Origin: Eledone cirrhosa
Taxonomy: Eukaryota
Length of the DNA: 64,000 bases
Reading direction: 5' to 3'
Assembly: GCA_964016885.1 (NCBI GenBank)
Contig: OZ024742.1
Span: 256,060,001 to 256,124,000, forward strand
Positions 19,750 to 34,248 of this stretch are shown piece after piece. Made by a program: the position numbers and the translations under genes. The notes under the pieces were generated by a model. The model did not search any database. It was not told the origin of the DNA and saw only the letters and a list, made by a program, of their open reading frames with translations. How positions within the stretch are numbered: position 1 is the first letter of the stretch; each line of letters begins with the position of its first letter.

Positions 19750-22700
19750 TATTTTTCGAATATTCTATGTCTATATTCACATATATATCGCTATTTCAGA
19801 GCATTTATTCCAATTTCTAATTTCTGCCGGACCGGCAACCGCTCTTTCAAACCAGTTCCTGTACACAGCTAAGTATTCTATAAGTCTCTAGCTGTGTCAT
19901 TCTCGATAAAAGCACTGGATATGTAGTCCTGATGATTTCTAACAAGAATGAAACGCGTAGATTACTTCCCTTGCTTTTATCGAGAATCTAATTGTAATAC
20001 GTGACGTATTCTATTCTATAGCGATTAGGTCTTCAAAATGTTTATTATAAACATACAGAATATTTTCGAATATTCTATGTCTATATTCACATATATATCG
20101 CTATTTCAGAGCATTTATTTCAATTTCTAATTTCTGCCGGACCGGCAACCGCTCTTTCAAACCAGTTCCTGTACACAGCTAAGTATTCTATAAGTCTCTA
20201 GCTGTGTCATTCTCGATAAAAGCACTGGATATGTAGTCCTGATGATTTCTAACAAGAATGAAACGCGTAGATTACTTCCCTTGCTTTTATCGAGAATCTA
20301 ATTGTAATACGTGACGTATTCTATTCTATAGCGATTAGGTCTTCAAAATGTTTATTATAAACATACAGAATATTTTCGAATATTCTATGTCTATATTCAC
20401 ATATATATCGCTATTTCAGAGCATTTATTCCAATTTCTAATTTCTGCCGGACCGGCAACCGCTCTTTCAAACCAGTTCCTGTACACAGCTAAGTATTCTA
20501 TAAGTCTCTAGCTGTGTCATTCTCGATAAAAGCACTGGATATGTAGTCCTGATGATTTCTAACAAGAATGAAACGCGTAGATTACTTCCCTTGCTTTTAT
20601 CGAGAATCTAATTGTAATACGTGACGTATTCTATTCTATAGCGATTAGGTCTTCAAAATGTTTATTATAAACATACAGAATATTTTCGAATATTCTATGT
20701 CTATATTCACATATATATCGCTATTTCAGAGCATTTATTCCAATTTCTAATTTCTGCCGGACCGGCAACCGCTCTTTCAAACCAGTTCCTGTACACAGCT
20801 AAGTATTCTATAAGTCTCTAGCTGTGTCATTCTCGATAAAAGCACTGGATATGTAGTCCTGATGATTTCTAACAAGAATGAAACGCGTAGATTACTTCCC
20901 TTGCTTTTATCGAGAATCTAATTGTAATACGTGACGTATTCTATTCTATAGCGATTAGGTCTTCAAAATGTTTATTATAAACATACAGAATATTTTCGAA
21001 TATTCTATGTCTATATTCACATATATATCGCTATTTCAGAGCATTTATTCCAATTTCTAATTTCTGCCGGACCGGCAACCGCTCTTTCAAACCAGTTCCT
21101 GTACACAGCTAAGTATTCTATAAGTCTCTAGCTGTGTCATTCTCGATAAAAGCACTGGATATGTAGTCCTGATGATTTCTAACAAGAATGAAACGCGTAG
21201 ATTACTTCCCTTGCTTTTATCGAGAATCTAATTGTAATACGTGACGTATTCTATTCTATAGCGATTAGGTCTTCAAAATGTTTATTATAAACATACAGAA
21301 TATTTTCGAATATTCTATGTCTATATTCACATATATATCGCTATTTCAGAGCATTTATTCCAATTTCTAATTTCTGCCGGACCGGCAACCGCTCTTTCAA
21401 ACCAGTTCCTGTACACAGCTAAGTATTCTATAAGTCTCTAGCTGTGTCATTCTCGATAAAAGCACTGGATATGTAGTCCTGATGATTTCTAACAAGAATG
21501 AAACGCGTAGATTACTTCCCTTGCTTTTATCGAGAATCTAATTGTAATACGTGACGTATTCTATTCTATAGCGATTAGGTCTTCAAAATGTTTATTATAA
21601 ACATACAGAATATTTTCGAATATTCTATGTCTATATTCACATATATATCGCTATTTCAGAGCATTTATTCCAATTTCTAATTTCTGCCGGACCGGCAACC
21701 GCTCTTTCAAACCAGTTCCTGTACACAGCTAAGTATTCTATAAGTCTCTAGCTGTGTCATTCTCGATAAAAGCACTGGATATGTAGTCCTGATGATTTCT
21801 AACAAGAATGAAACGCGTAGATTACTTCCCTTGCTTTTATCGAGAATCTAATTGTAATACGTGACGTATTCTATTCTATAGCGATTAGGTCTTCAAAATG
21901 TTTATTATAAACATACAGAATATTTTCGAATATTCTATGTCTATATTCACATATATATCGCTATTTCAGAGCATTTATTCCAATTTCTAATTTCTGCCGG
22001 ACCGGCAACCGCTCTTTCAAACCAGTTCCTGTACACAGCTAAGTATTCTATAAGTCTCTAGCTGTGTCATTCTCGATAAAAGCACTGGATATGTAGTCCT
22101 GATGATTTCTAACAAGAATGAAACGCGTAGATTACTTCCCTTGCTTTTATCGAGAATCTAATTGTAATACGTGACGTATTCTATTCTATAGCGATTAGGT
22201 CTTCAAAATGTTTATTATAAACATACAGAATATTTTCGAATATTCTATGTCTATATTCACATATATATCGCTATTTCAGAGCATTTATTCCAATTTCTAA
22301 TTTCTGCCGGACCGGCAACCGCTCTTTCAAACCAGTTCCTGTACACAGCTAAGTATTCTATAAGTCTCTAGCTGTGTCATTCTCGATAAAAGCACTGGAT
22401 ATGTAGTCCTGATGATTTCTAACAAGAATGAAACGCGTAGATTACTTCCCTTGCTTTTATCGAGAATCTAATTGTAATACGTGACGTATTCTATTCTATA
22501 GTGATTAGGTCTTCAAAATGTTTATTATAAACATACAGAATATTTTCGAATATTCTATGTCTATATTCACATATATATCGCTATTTCAGAGCATTTATTC
22601 CAATTTCTAATTTCTGCCGGACCGGCAACCGCTCTTTCAAACCAGTTCCTGTACACAGCTAAGTATTCTATAAGTCTCTAGCTGTGTCATTCTCGATAAA

Positions 22701-25669
22701 AGCACTGGATATGTAGTCCTGATGATTTCTAACAAGAATGAAACGCGTAGATTACTTCCCTTGCTTTTATCGAGAATCTAATTGTAATACGTGACGTATT
22801 CTATTCTATAGCGATTAGGTCTTCAAAATGTTTATTATAAACATACAGAATATTTTCGAATATTCTATGTCTATATTCACATATATATCGCTATTTCAGA
22901 GCATTTATTCCAATTTCTAATTTCTGCCGGACCGGCAACCGCTCTTTCAAACCAGTTCCTGTACACAGCTAAGTATTCTATAAGTCTCTAGCTGTGTCAT
23001 TCTCGATAAAAGCACTGGATATGTAGTCCTGATGATTTCTAACAAGAATGAAACGCGTAGATTACTTCCCTTGCTTTTATCGAGAATCTAATTGTAATAC
23101 GTGACGTATTCTATTCTATAGCGATTAGGTCTTCAAAATGTTTATTATAAACATACAGAATATTTTCGAATATTCTATGTCTATATTCACATATATATCG
23201 CTATTTCAGAGCATTTATTCCAATTTCTAATTTCTGCCGGACCGGCAACCGCTCTTTCAAACCAGTTCCTGTACACAGCTAAGTATTCTATAAGTCTCTA
23301 GCTGTGTCATTCTCGATAAAAGCACTGGATATGTAGTCCTGATGATTTCTAACAAGAATGAAACGCGTAGATTACTTCCCTTGCTTTTATCGAGAATCTA
23401 ATTGTAATACGTGACGTATTCTATTCTATAGCGATTAGGTCTTCAAAATGTTTATTATAAACATACAGAATATTTTCGAATATTCTATGTCTATATTCAC
23501 ATATATATCGCTATTTCAGAGCATTTATTCCAATTTCTAATTTCTGCCGGACCGGCAACCGCTCTTTCAAACCAGTTCCTGTACACAGCTAAGTATTCTA
23601 TAAGTCTCTAGCTGTGTCATTCTCGATAAAAGCACTGGATATGTAGTCCTGATGATTTCTAACAAGAATGAAACGCGTAGATTACTTCCCTTGCTTTTAT
23701 CGAGAATCTAATTGTAATACGTGACGTATTCTATTCTATAGCGATTAGGTCTTCAAAATGTTTATTATAAACATACAGAATATTTTCGAATATTCTATGT
23801 CTATATTCACATATATATCGCTATTTCAGAGCATTTATTCCAATTTCTAATTTCTGCCGGACCGGCAACCGCTCTTTCAAACCAGTTCCTGTACACAGCT
23901 AAGTATTCTATAAGTCTCTAGCTGTGTCATTCTCGATAAAAGCACTGGATATGTAGTCCTGATGATTTCTAACAAGAATGAAACGCGTAGATTACTTCCC
24001 TTGCTTTTATCGAGAATCTAATTGTAATACGTGACGTATTCTATTCTATAGCGATTAGGTCTTCAAAATGTTTATTATAAACATACAGAATATTTTCGAA
24101 TATTCTATGTCTATATTCACATATATATCGCTATTTCAGAGCATTTATTCCAATTTCTAATTTCTGCCGGACCGGCAACCGCTCTTTCAAACCAGTTCCT
24201 GTACACAGCTAAGTATTCTATAAGTCTCTAGCTGTGTCATTCTCGATAAAAGCACTGGATATGTAGTCCTGATGATTTCTAACAAGAATGAAACGCGTAG
24301 ATTACTTCCCTTGCTTTTATCGAGAATCTAATTGTAATACGTGACGTATTCTATTCTATAGCGATTAGGTCTTCAAAATGTTTATTATAAACATACAGAA
24401 TATTTTCGAATATTCTATGTCTATATTCACATATATATCGCTATTTCAGAGCATTTATTCCAATTTCTAATTTCTGCCGGACCGGCAACCGCTCTTTCAA
24501 ACCAGTTCCTGTACACAGCTAAGTATTCTATAAGTCTCTAGCTGTGTCATTCTCGATAAAAGCACTGGATATGTAGTCCTGATGATTTCTAACAAGAATG
24601 AAACGCGTAGATTACTTCCCTTGCTTTTATCGAGAATCTAATTGTAATACGTGACGTATTCTATTCTATAGCGATTAGGTCTTCAAAATGTTTATTATAA
24701 ACATACAGAATATTTTCGAATATTCTATGTCTATATTCACATATATATCGCTATTTCAGAGCATTTATTCCAATTTCTAATTTCTGCCGGACCGGCAACC
24801 GCTCTTTCAAACCAGTTCCTGTACACAGCTAAGTATTCTATAAGTCTCTAGCTGTGTCATTCTCGATAAAAGCACTGGATATGTAGTCCTGATGATTTCT
24901 AACAAGAATGAAACGCGTAGATTACTTCCCTTGCTTTTATCGAGAATCTAATTGTAATACGTGACGTATTCTATTCTATAGCGATTAGGTCTTCAAAATG
25001 TTTATTATAAACATACAGAATATTTTCGAATATTCTATGTCTATATTCACATATATATCGCTATTTCAGAGCATTTATTCCAATTTCTAATTTCTGCCGG
25101 ACCGGCAACCGCTCTTTCAAACCAGTTCCTGTACACAGCTAAGTATTCTATAAGTCTCTAGCTGTGTCATTCTCGATAAAAGCACTGGACATGTAGTCCT
25201 GATGATTTCTAACAAGAATGAAACGCGTAGATTACTTCCCTTGCTTTTATCGAGAATCTAATTGTAATACGTGACGTATTCTATTCTATAGCGATTAGGT
25301 CTTCAAAATGTTTATTATAAACATACAGAATATTTTCGAATATTCTATGTCTATATTCACATATATATCGCTATTTCAGAGCATTTATTCCAATTTCTAA
25401 TTTCTGCCGGACCGGCAACCGCTCTTTCAAACCAGTTCCTGTACACAGCTAAGTATTCTATAAGTCTCTAGCTGTGTCATTCTCGATAAAAGCACTGGAT
25501 ATGTAGTCCTGATGATTTCTAACAAGAATGAAACGCGTAGATTACTTCCCTTGCTTTTATCGAGAATCTAATTGTAATACGTGACGTATTCTATTCTATA
25601 GCGATTAGGTCTTCAAAATGTTTATTATAAACATACAGAATATTTTCGAATATTCTATGTCTATATTCA
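19750..25669 (+). repeat. Retrozyme-like array A2: ~19.1 tandem 310-bp monomers inverted relative to A1 (19 hammerheads on +)
   Basis: Reverse complement of the A1 unit; HHR at 19923+310k up to 25503. Confidence 0.92.
19923..19965 (+). ncRNA. Representative type I hammerhead ribozyme of the 310-bp monomer (allele A)
   Basis: gtagtc-CTGATGA-t-ttct(aaca)agaa-t-GAAA-cgcg-TA-gattac. Predicted cut after 19959 (GUA). Stem I is extended by a 16-bp helix, 19899-19914 with 19972-19987. Confidence 0.9.
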
Positions 25670-26334
<665 letters not shown>

Positions 26335-28553
26335 GAAATTGGAATAAATGCTCTGAAATAGCGATATATATGTGAATATAGACATAGAATATTCGAAAAT
26401 ATTCTGTATGTTTATAATAAACATTTTGAAGACCTAATCGCTATAGAATAGAATACGTCACGTATTACAATTAGATTCTCGATAAAAGCAAGGGAAGTAA
26501 TCTACGCGTTTCATTCTCGTTAGAACTCATCAGGACTACATATCCAGTGCTTTTATCGAGAATGACACAGCTAGAGACTTATAGAATACTTAGCTGTGTA
26601 CAGGAACTGGTTTGAAAGAGCGGTTGCCGGTCCGGCAGAAATTAGAAATTGGAATAAATGCTCTGAAATAGCGATATATATGTGAATATAGACATAGAAT
26701 ATTCGAAAATATTCTGTATGTTTATAATAAACATTTTGAAGACCTAATCGCTATAGAATAGAATACGTCACGTATTACAATTAGATTCTCGATAAAAGCA
26801 AGGGAAGTAATCTACGCGTTTCATTCTCGTTAGAACTCATCAGGACTACATATCCAGTGCTTTTATCGAGAATGACACAGCTAGAGACTTATAGAATACT
26901 TAGCTGTGTACAGGAACTGGTTTGAAAGAGCGGTTGCCGGTCCGGCAGAAATTAGAAATTGGAATAAATGCTCTGAAATAGCGATATATATGTGAATATA
27001 GACATAGAATATTCGAAAATATTCTGTATGTTTATAATAAACATTTTGAAGACCTAATCGCTATAGAATAGAATACGTCACGTATTACAATTAGATTCTC
27101 GATAAAAGCAAGGGAAGTAATCTACGCGTTTCATTCTCGTTAGAACTCATCAGGACTACATATCCAGTGCTTTTATCGAGAATGACACAGCTAGAGACTT
27201 ATAGAATACTTAGCTGTGTACAGGAACTGGTTTGAAAGAGCGGTTGCCGGTCCGGCAGAAATTAGAAATTGGAATAAATGCTCTGAAATAGCGATATATA
27301 TGTGAATATAGACATAGAATATTCGAAAATATTCTGTATGTTTATAATAAACATTTTGAAGACCTAATCGCTATAGAATAGAATACGTCACGTATTACAA
27401 TTAGATTCTCGATAAAAGCAAGGGAAGTAATCTACGCGTTTCATTCTCGTTAGAACTCATCAGGACTACATATCCAGTGCTTTTATCGAGAATGACACAG
27501 CTAGAGACTTATAGAATACTTAGCTGTGTACAGGAACTGGTTTGAAAGAGCGGTTGCCGGTCCGGCAGAAATTAGAAATTGGAATAAATGCTCTGAAATA
27601 GCGATATATATGTGAATATAGACATAGAATATTCGAAAATATTCTGTATGTTTATAATAAACATTTTGAAGACCTAATCGCTATAGAATAGAATACGTCA
27701 CGTATTACAATTAGATTCTCGATAAAAGCAAGGGAAGTAATCTACACGTTTCATTCTCGTTAGAACTCATCAGGACTACATATCCAGTGCTTTTATCGAG
27801 AATGACACAGCTAGAGACTTATAGAATACTTAGCTGTGTACAGGAACTGGTTTGAAAGAGCGGTTGCCGGTCCGGCAGAAATTAGAAATTGGAATAAATG
27901 CTCTGAAATAGCGATATATATGTGAATATAGACATAGAATATTCGAAAATATTCTGTATGTTTATAATAAACATTTTGAAGACCTAATCGCTATAGAATA
28001 GAATACGTCACGTATTACAATTAGATTCTCGATAAAAGCAAGGGAAGTAATCTACGCGTTTCATTCTCGTTAGAACTCATCAGGACTACATATCCAGTGC
28101 TTTTATCGAGAATGACACAGCTAGAGACTTATAGAATACTTAGCTGTGTACAGGAACTGGTTTGAAAGAGCGGTTGCCGGTCCGGCAGAAATTAGAAATT
28201 GGAATAAATGCTCTGAAATAGCGATATATATGTGAATATAGACATAGAATATTCGAAAATATTCTGTATGTTTATAATAAACATTTTGAAGACCTAATCG
28301 CTATAGAATAGAATACGTCACGTATTACAATTAGATTCTCGATAAAAGCAAGGGAAGTAATCTACGCGTTTCATTCTCGTTAGAACTCATCAGGACTACA
28401 TATCCAGTGCTTTTATCGAGAATGACACAGCTAGAGACTTATAGAATACTTAGCTGTGTACAGGAACTGGTTTGAAAGAGCGGTTGCCGGTCCGGCAGAA
28501 ATTAGAAATTGGAATAAATGCTCTGAAATAGCGATATATATGTGAATATAGAC
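26335..28553 (-). repeat. Retrozyme-like array B1: ~7.2 monomers of 310 bp (allele B), 7 hammerheads on the minus strand
   Basis: All copies read tcattctCgttagaaCtcatcag, versus tcattctTgttagaaAtcatcag in array A. Confidence 0.92.
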
Positions 28554-30102
28554 ATATTCACATATATATCGCTATTTCAGAGCATTTATTCCAATTTCTA
28601 ATTTCTGCCGGACCGGCAACCGCTCTTTCAAACCAGTTCCTGTACACAGCTAAGTATTCTATAAGTCTCTAGCTGTGTCATTCTCGATAAAAGCACTGGA
28701 TATGTAGTCCTGATGAGTTCTAACGAGAATGAAACGCGTAGATTACTTCCCTTGCTTTTATCGAGAATCTAATTGTAATACGTGACGTATTCTATTCTAT
28801 AGCGATTAGGTCTTCAAAATGTTTATTATAAACATACAGAATATTTTCGAATATTCTATGTCTATATTCACATATATATCGCTATTTCAGAGCATTTATT
28901 CCAATTTCTAATTTCTGCCGGACCGGCAACCGCTCTTTCAAACCAGTTCCTGTACACAGCTAAGTATTCTATAAGTCTCTAGCTGTGTCATTCTCGATAA
29001 AAGCACTGGATATGTAGTCCTGATGAGTTCTAACGAGAATGAACCGCGTAGATTACTTCCCTTGCTTTTATCGAGAATCTAATTGTAATACGTGACGTAT
29101 TCTATTCTATAGCGATTAGGTCTTCAAAATGTTTATTATAAACATACAGAATATTTTCGAATATTCTATGTCTATATTCACATATATATCGCTATTTCAG
29201 AGCATTTATTCCAATTTCTAATTTCTGCCGGACCGGCAACCGCTCTTTCAAACCAGTTCCTGTACACAGCTAAGTATTCTATAAGTCTCTAGCTGTGTCA
29301 TTCTCGATAAAAGCACTGGATATGTAGTCCTGATGAGTTCTAACGAGAATGAAACGCGTAGATTACTTCCCTTGCTTTTATCGAGAATCTAATTGTAATA
29401 CGTGACGTATTCTATTCTATAGCGATTAGGTCTTCAAAATGTTTATTATAAACATACAGAATATTTTCGAATATTCTATGTCTATATTCACATATATATC
29501 GCTATTTCAGAGCATTTATTCCAATTTCTAATTTCTGCCGGACCGGCAACCGCTCTTTCAAACCAGTTCCTGTACACAGCTAAGTATTCTATAAGTCTCT
29601 AGCTGTGTCATTCTCGATAAAAGCACTGGATATGTAGTCCTGATGAGTTCTAACGAGAATGAAACGCGTAGATTACTTCCCTTGCTTTTATCGAGAATCT
29701 AATTGTAATACGTGACGTATTCTATTCTATAGCGATTAGGTCTTCAAAATGTTTATTATAAACATACAGAATATTTTCGAATATTCTATGTCTATATTCA
29801 CATATATATCGCTATTTCAGAGCATTTATTCCAATTTCTAATTTCTGCCGGACCGGCAACCGCTCTTTCAAACCAGTTCCTGTACACAGCTAAGTATTCT
29901 ATAAGTCTCTAGCTGTGTCATTCTCGATAAAAGCACTGGATATGTAGTCCTGATGAGTTCTAACGAGAATGAAACGCGTAGATTACTTCCCTTGCTTTTA
30001 TCGAGAATCTAATTGTAATACGTGACGTATTCTATTCTATAGCGATTAGGTCTTCAAAATGTTTATTATAAACATACAGAATATTTTCGAATATTCTATG
30101 TC

Positions 30103-30107
<5 letters not shown>
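28554..30107 (+). repeat. Retrozyme-like array B2: 5.0 monomers inverted relative to B1, 5 hammerheads on +
   Basis: The junction gtgaatat-agac-atattcac (28542-28561) is a fold-back with a 4-nt loop. HHR at 28704-28746 reads CTGATGA-g-ttct(aacg)agaa-t-GAAA. Confidence 0.92.
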
Positions 30108-30146
<39 letters not shown>

Positions 30147-30148
30147 CA

Positions 30149-31312
30149 TTGCTGAACTCCTTTGTAGAGTTTTTTTCAGAATGTATTTGACTGCTATTTC
30201 TTGTAAATAAACATTCACTTCCATCTTGACGTCACTAGCCCCGTTTTTTCCTCATGTGCTTTTTCATAAATACACATGAAGGCGAACTAGCCAGTTTTAG
30301 AATTCCCTTTTTCGGATTATATTACTGTGAGAGCCCTGGTTTTCTGTTGAGCTCTGCTGATGATTGAAATTCCAACCGTGACCATCTCCACTGAAAGTTT
30401 TCATGAAATAGTCTTTTAAGACTATACAGAGCAATTCATGTTATTCCAAATTGAAAGATAAGTGTTTCAAACTTTATTTTATCATGAGTTAAATGTCTAT
30501 GGATTTTTCCCTGGATTTTACTAAATTCTGTGGATGAATTTATATCCTGATTCTCTTTTGAGATGAGTTTGAGTTATTTTTCTTAAATCTTTCTTTAACT
30601 ACTTTTCCCATCTTGACGTTATAGTCGCATATATGTTATAGAATGCCGTTAGCTTCTTGCTAAAACAATCTCTATACCTCTCATTTATATTTATACTCGG
30701 ATTCTTTTCCTAGAGTGCTTAAACTATCTGTGACTAATCCCGGTTTTTTTCATAAAAACTGTGGTAATTATTGCTATTTTGCTGAACTCCTTTGTAGAGT
30801 CTTTTTCAGAATGTATTTGACTGCTATTTCTTGTAAATAAACATTCACTTCCATCCTGACGTCACTAGCCCCGTTTTTTCCTCATGTGCTTTTTCATAAA
30901 TACACATGAAGGCGAACTAGCCAGTTTTAGAATTCCCTTTTTCGGATTATATTACTGTGAGAGCCCTGGTTTTCTGTTGAGCTCTGCTGATGATTGAAAT
31001 TCCAACCGTGACCATCTCCACTGAAAGTTTTCATGAAATAGTCTTTTAAGACTATACAGAGCATTTGATGTTATTTCAAATTGAAGGATAAGTGTTTCAA
31101 ACTTTATTTTATCATGAGTTAAAGGTCTATGGATTTTTCCATGGATTTTACTAAATTCTGTGGATGAATTTATATCCTGATTCTCTTTTGAGATGAGTTT
31201 GAGTTATTTTTCCTAAATCTTTCGTTAACTACTTTTCCCGTCTTGACGTTATAGTCGCATATATGTTATAGAATGCCGTTAGCTTCTTGCTAAAACAATC
31301 TCTATACCTCTC

Positions 31313-31318
<6 letters not shown>
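30149..31318. repeat. Direct tandem duplication, 630-bp period, ~1.9 copies, bounded by (TA)n
   Basis: gctgaactcc occurs at 30151 and 30781. Confidence 0.88.
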
Positions 31319-31367
<49 letters not shown>

Positions 31368-31379
31368 TTTTTCCCAATT

Positions 31380-31860
31380 ATATAGATAACACGAAGACGG
31401 GAGGGAAGATGGGAAAGATACGGAGTGATCTACATGTGGAAAATCCTGGAGGGGCTACCACCATACTTTGGCATTGGGCGCTGGATCAACCGTCGAACAG
31501 GACGTCACTGTGTGGTGCCAAAGGTCCTGTCTTCCGCATCTAGAATAAGGAGCAGATATTGCAATAGCCTGGGATTCAAAGGCCCTCAACTCTTCAACAA
31601 GCTGCCGAGGGATCTGAGAGATTTGCATGGTGTGGAGGTGGATGTCTTCAAGAAACATCTCGACACCTTGCTATGCAGGATCCCGGATGAGTCCAGAGAA
31701 AGGCACGAGGGAAACATAAGCGCAGCAGCAACAAACTCCCTCTTACACCAGTGGCCAACCTATACAGGCTGGAGATAAAATGTGTAGCAACAAGGGCGGT
31801 ACCCCAGCATGATCTCAGCCGGATGGCTGGAACAGGTAAAAGAGTAAAAGTGACGAATTA
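31380..31860 (+). mobile_element. CR1/L2-like LINE 3' end
   Basis: RRRERWERYGVIYMWKILEG...NSLGFKGPQLFNKLPRDLRD...FKKHLDTLLCRIPDE. Confidence 0.75.
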
Positions 31861-31877
31861 ATGTATATCTCTCCCTC

Positions 31878-31908
<31 letters not shown>

Positions 31909-32505
31909 GGTAAAGACCCACTTCGTGCATGAATGCCCGTACAATTTGTACGAAGAATGTACTCCTCCAAGATACAAGCCTGGGCAAGTTGTTTTTGTGG
32001 AGGGGCAGCAGATGCCCCAGAGTACCAGCCTCACCTTTTCACGTCTAAGGGAATGTCAAGTGTCGATCACCAGAGAGATAGAGGGGTGGGAATGGGCGAA
32101 AGAGAGGGGCTGAAGTCAGAACGACACATACAAAGTGGGAAATGATATAGAAGAGACGGGCTATTCATCAGGGGCAGGGGTAACATATGATATGTGGTGG
32201 ACAATATGTATATTAAGCCGGTCTATTTGTCATGTATGGCGGTCGATTTCGATCGCTGGAATGTTGTATATTTCCAACCTCACCGTGGTTCGCATTATTT
32301 TGTATCATTTTAGAATAGGGAAAGAAAGTACCAGCTAAGACATGATTCATCTTTCTCTCCTTCCAGCCGCCCCATTCTAGGTATTTTGGAGGACCAAGGG
32401 AAGGGTGCGTCTACTTGTGGCTGCATGGGCATCTCAAACCCTTAGGCGAAAGAGTTAAATACTACCAAATCTTACTCGGTTGCGATTGACGGTTGTTATA
32501 TACAT

Positions 32506-32579
<74 letters not shown>

Positions 32580-33074
32580 GTAATGTCAAGATTCTCCGTA
32601 GAAAAGATGAGGGAAGAAGACCGATCTATGTTATCAATAGAACTGAAATATTATTAATGTCGGCTTGATTTCAAAACACGCTCCAATAATCATTAACATT
32701 CATATATGAAAAGATAGCAAAGGTAGGAGAAGCATATGAAAAATAGGAGCATATAAATGCAATCAAATGAAATTAGGAGCAGCTAAAGTCAGTTAAGGAT
32801 AATTTTTCAAACTCTATGTTAAGATGGAATTCTTTATGCTTAATATATAAGACTTTCACCATCCTATTCAAATATGTGGTAATTTTTTCTGATGATTGCA
32901 CTTATTCTATTTTGCATTTAACTTTGCTGATTATATTTACTCAACATTAATTCCTCTGAATGATTTGATTAATAATAATTGTCACATAATAATAATTGGC
33001 ACAAAGCCAGTAAATACCCAGTGCATTACTGGTACTTTATTTTATCGATGAAAGGCAAAGTGAATTTGATTAAT

Positions 33075-33265
33075 AATAATTGTTTCTACGTTAGGCACAA
33101 GGCCAGCAATTATCCACTGTATTACTGGTACTTTATTTTATCGACCCCGTAAGGATGAAAGGCAAAGTTAACATCGGCGGGATTTGAATTCAGAATGGCA
33201 AGGGCCGTAACTCTATGCGTCAAAGCGTGGCGTCCGGCCCTCTACCAATACTGCCAATCCACTAA
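33075..33265 (-). mobile_element. tRNA-derived SINE (cephalopod OK/OR-like)
   Basis: Contains tttatcgaccccgtaaggatgaaaggcaaagttaac.tcggcgggatttgaa.tcag, repeated many times in the window. Confidence 0.75.
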
Positions 33266-33328
33266 TTTGATTAATAATAATAACACTTTAACCTATATGT
33301 GATTTTTATTTTGCTGACTACACTAATC

Positions 33329-33515
33329 CGATTGGCAGTATCGGTAGAGTGTCGAACGCCATGTTTTACAGCATAGAGTTACGACCCTTTACAGTCTGAG
33401 TTCCAATCCGGCTAAGGTTAAATTTGCCTTTTATCCTTACGGAGTCGATAAAATTAAGTTCCAGTAATACACTGGGATAATTGCTGACCTTGTTCCAAAA
33501 GTAGGAACAATTATT
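33329..33515 (+). mobile_element. tRNA-derived SINE, same family, opposite orientation
   Basis: A-box-like ttggcagtatcggtagag and B-box-like gagttccaatcc. Confidence 0.72.
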
Positions 33516-34122
33516 ACATTTGAAAAGTAATAGCTTATCTATATCATTATGACTGAAAGACGCTGTCGAACTTTTTATTAAAATATATTTTGGAGATGTA
33601 TTTTTATATTCTTAAATTTATATTGGATCTACATACCTGCTCTTATTAACATTATAAATTTTGTAATGCTTAAGATATATATTTATTTCCTAATTATGAT
33701 ATATACCTTGCACTATACTTAACTTCTTTATAGCAGTATATTTCTCTATACCAGCATGTTTTAACATTTTTTAATGCTTTTAACTGCTCCTAATTTCATG
33801 TTTTGCATTTATATGCTCATACTTTTCATATGCTTCTTCTATCTTTGCTAACTTATTTTATATGAATGTTAATACATATGCTTACTTCCCATATTATGTA
33901 TCCTCAAAATGTTCTTTGACAAACTTATTTGTATTTTAACCCTCACTATATACTCCGATGATGCGGCCTTGTGCTTGTATAAAACGATTGTAAGTCTGCT
34001 TATAAAGTATTTCGCCTCTGTAATATACTTATTTTACATTGAGCTATTATCATACTTGTAATGGGATAATATTTTATGTTACCCACATTATATATATATA
34101 TATATGTTAATACGATTATATA

Positions 34123-34248
<126 letters not shown>

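Larger units (their letters stand above)
32692..33872. repeat. Diverged ~95-bp inverted repeats (32692-32788 and 33778-33872) enclosing SINE copies
   Basis: agaagcatatgaaaa...gagcatataaatgcaa...atgaaattaggagcag versus ctgctcctaatttcat...ttgcatttatatgctc...ttttcatatgcttct. Confidence 0.7.

Noticed and set aside
33952-33995. HHR-like act-CCGATGA...TAAA-acgattg-TA-agt; similar relics at ~37783-37812 (-) and ~61490-61520
   Set aside because: Too many core and stem mismatches to call; at most decayed pLTR ribozymes.
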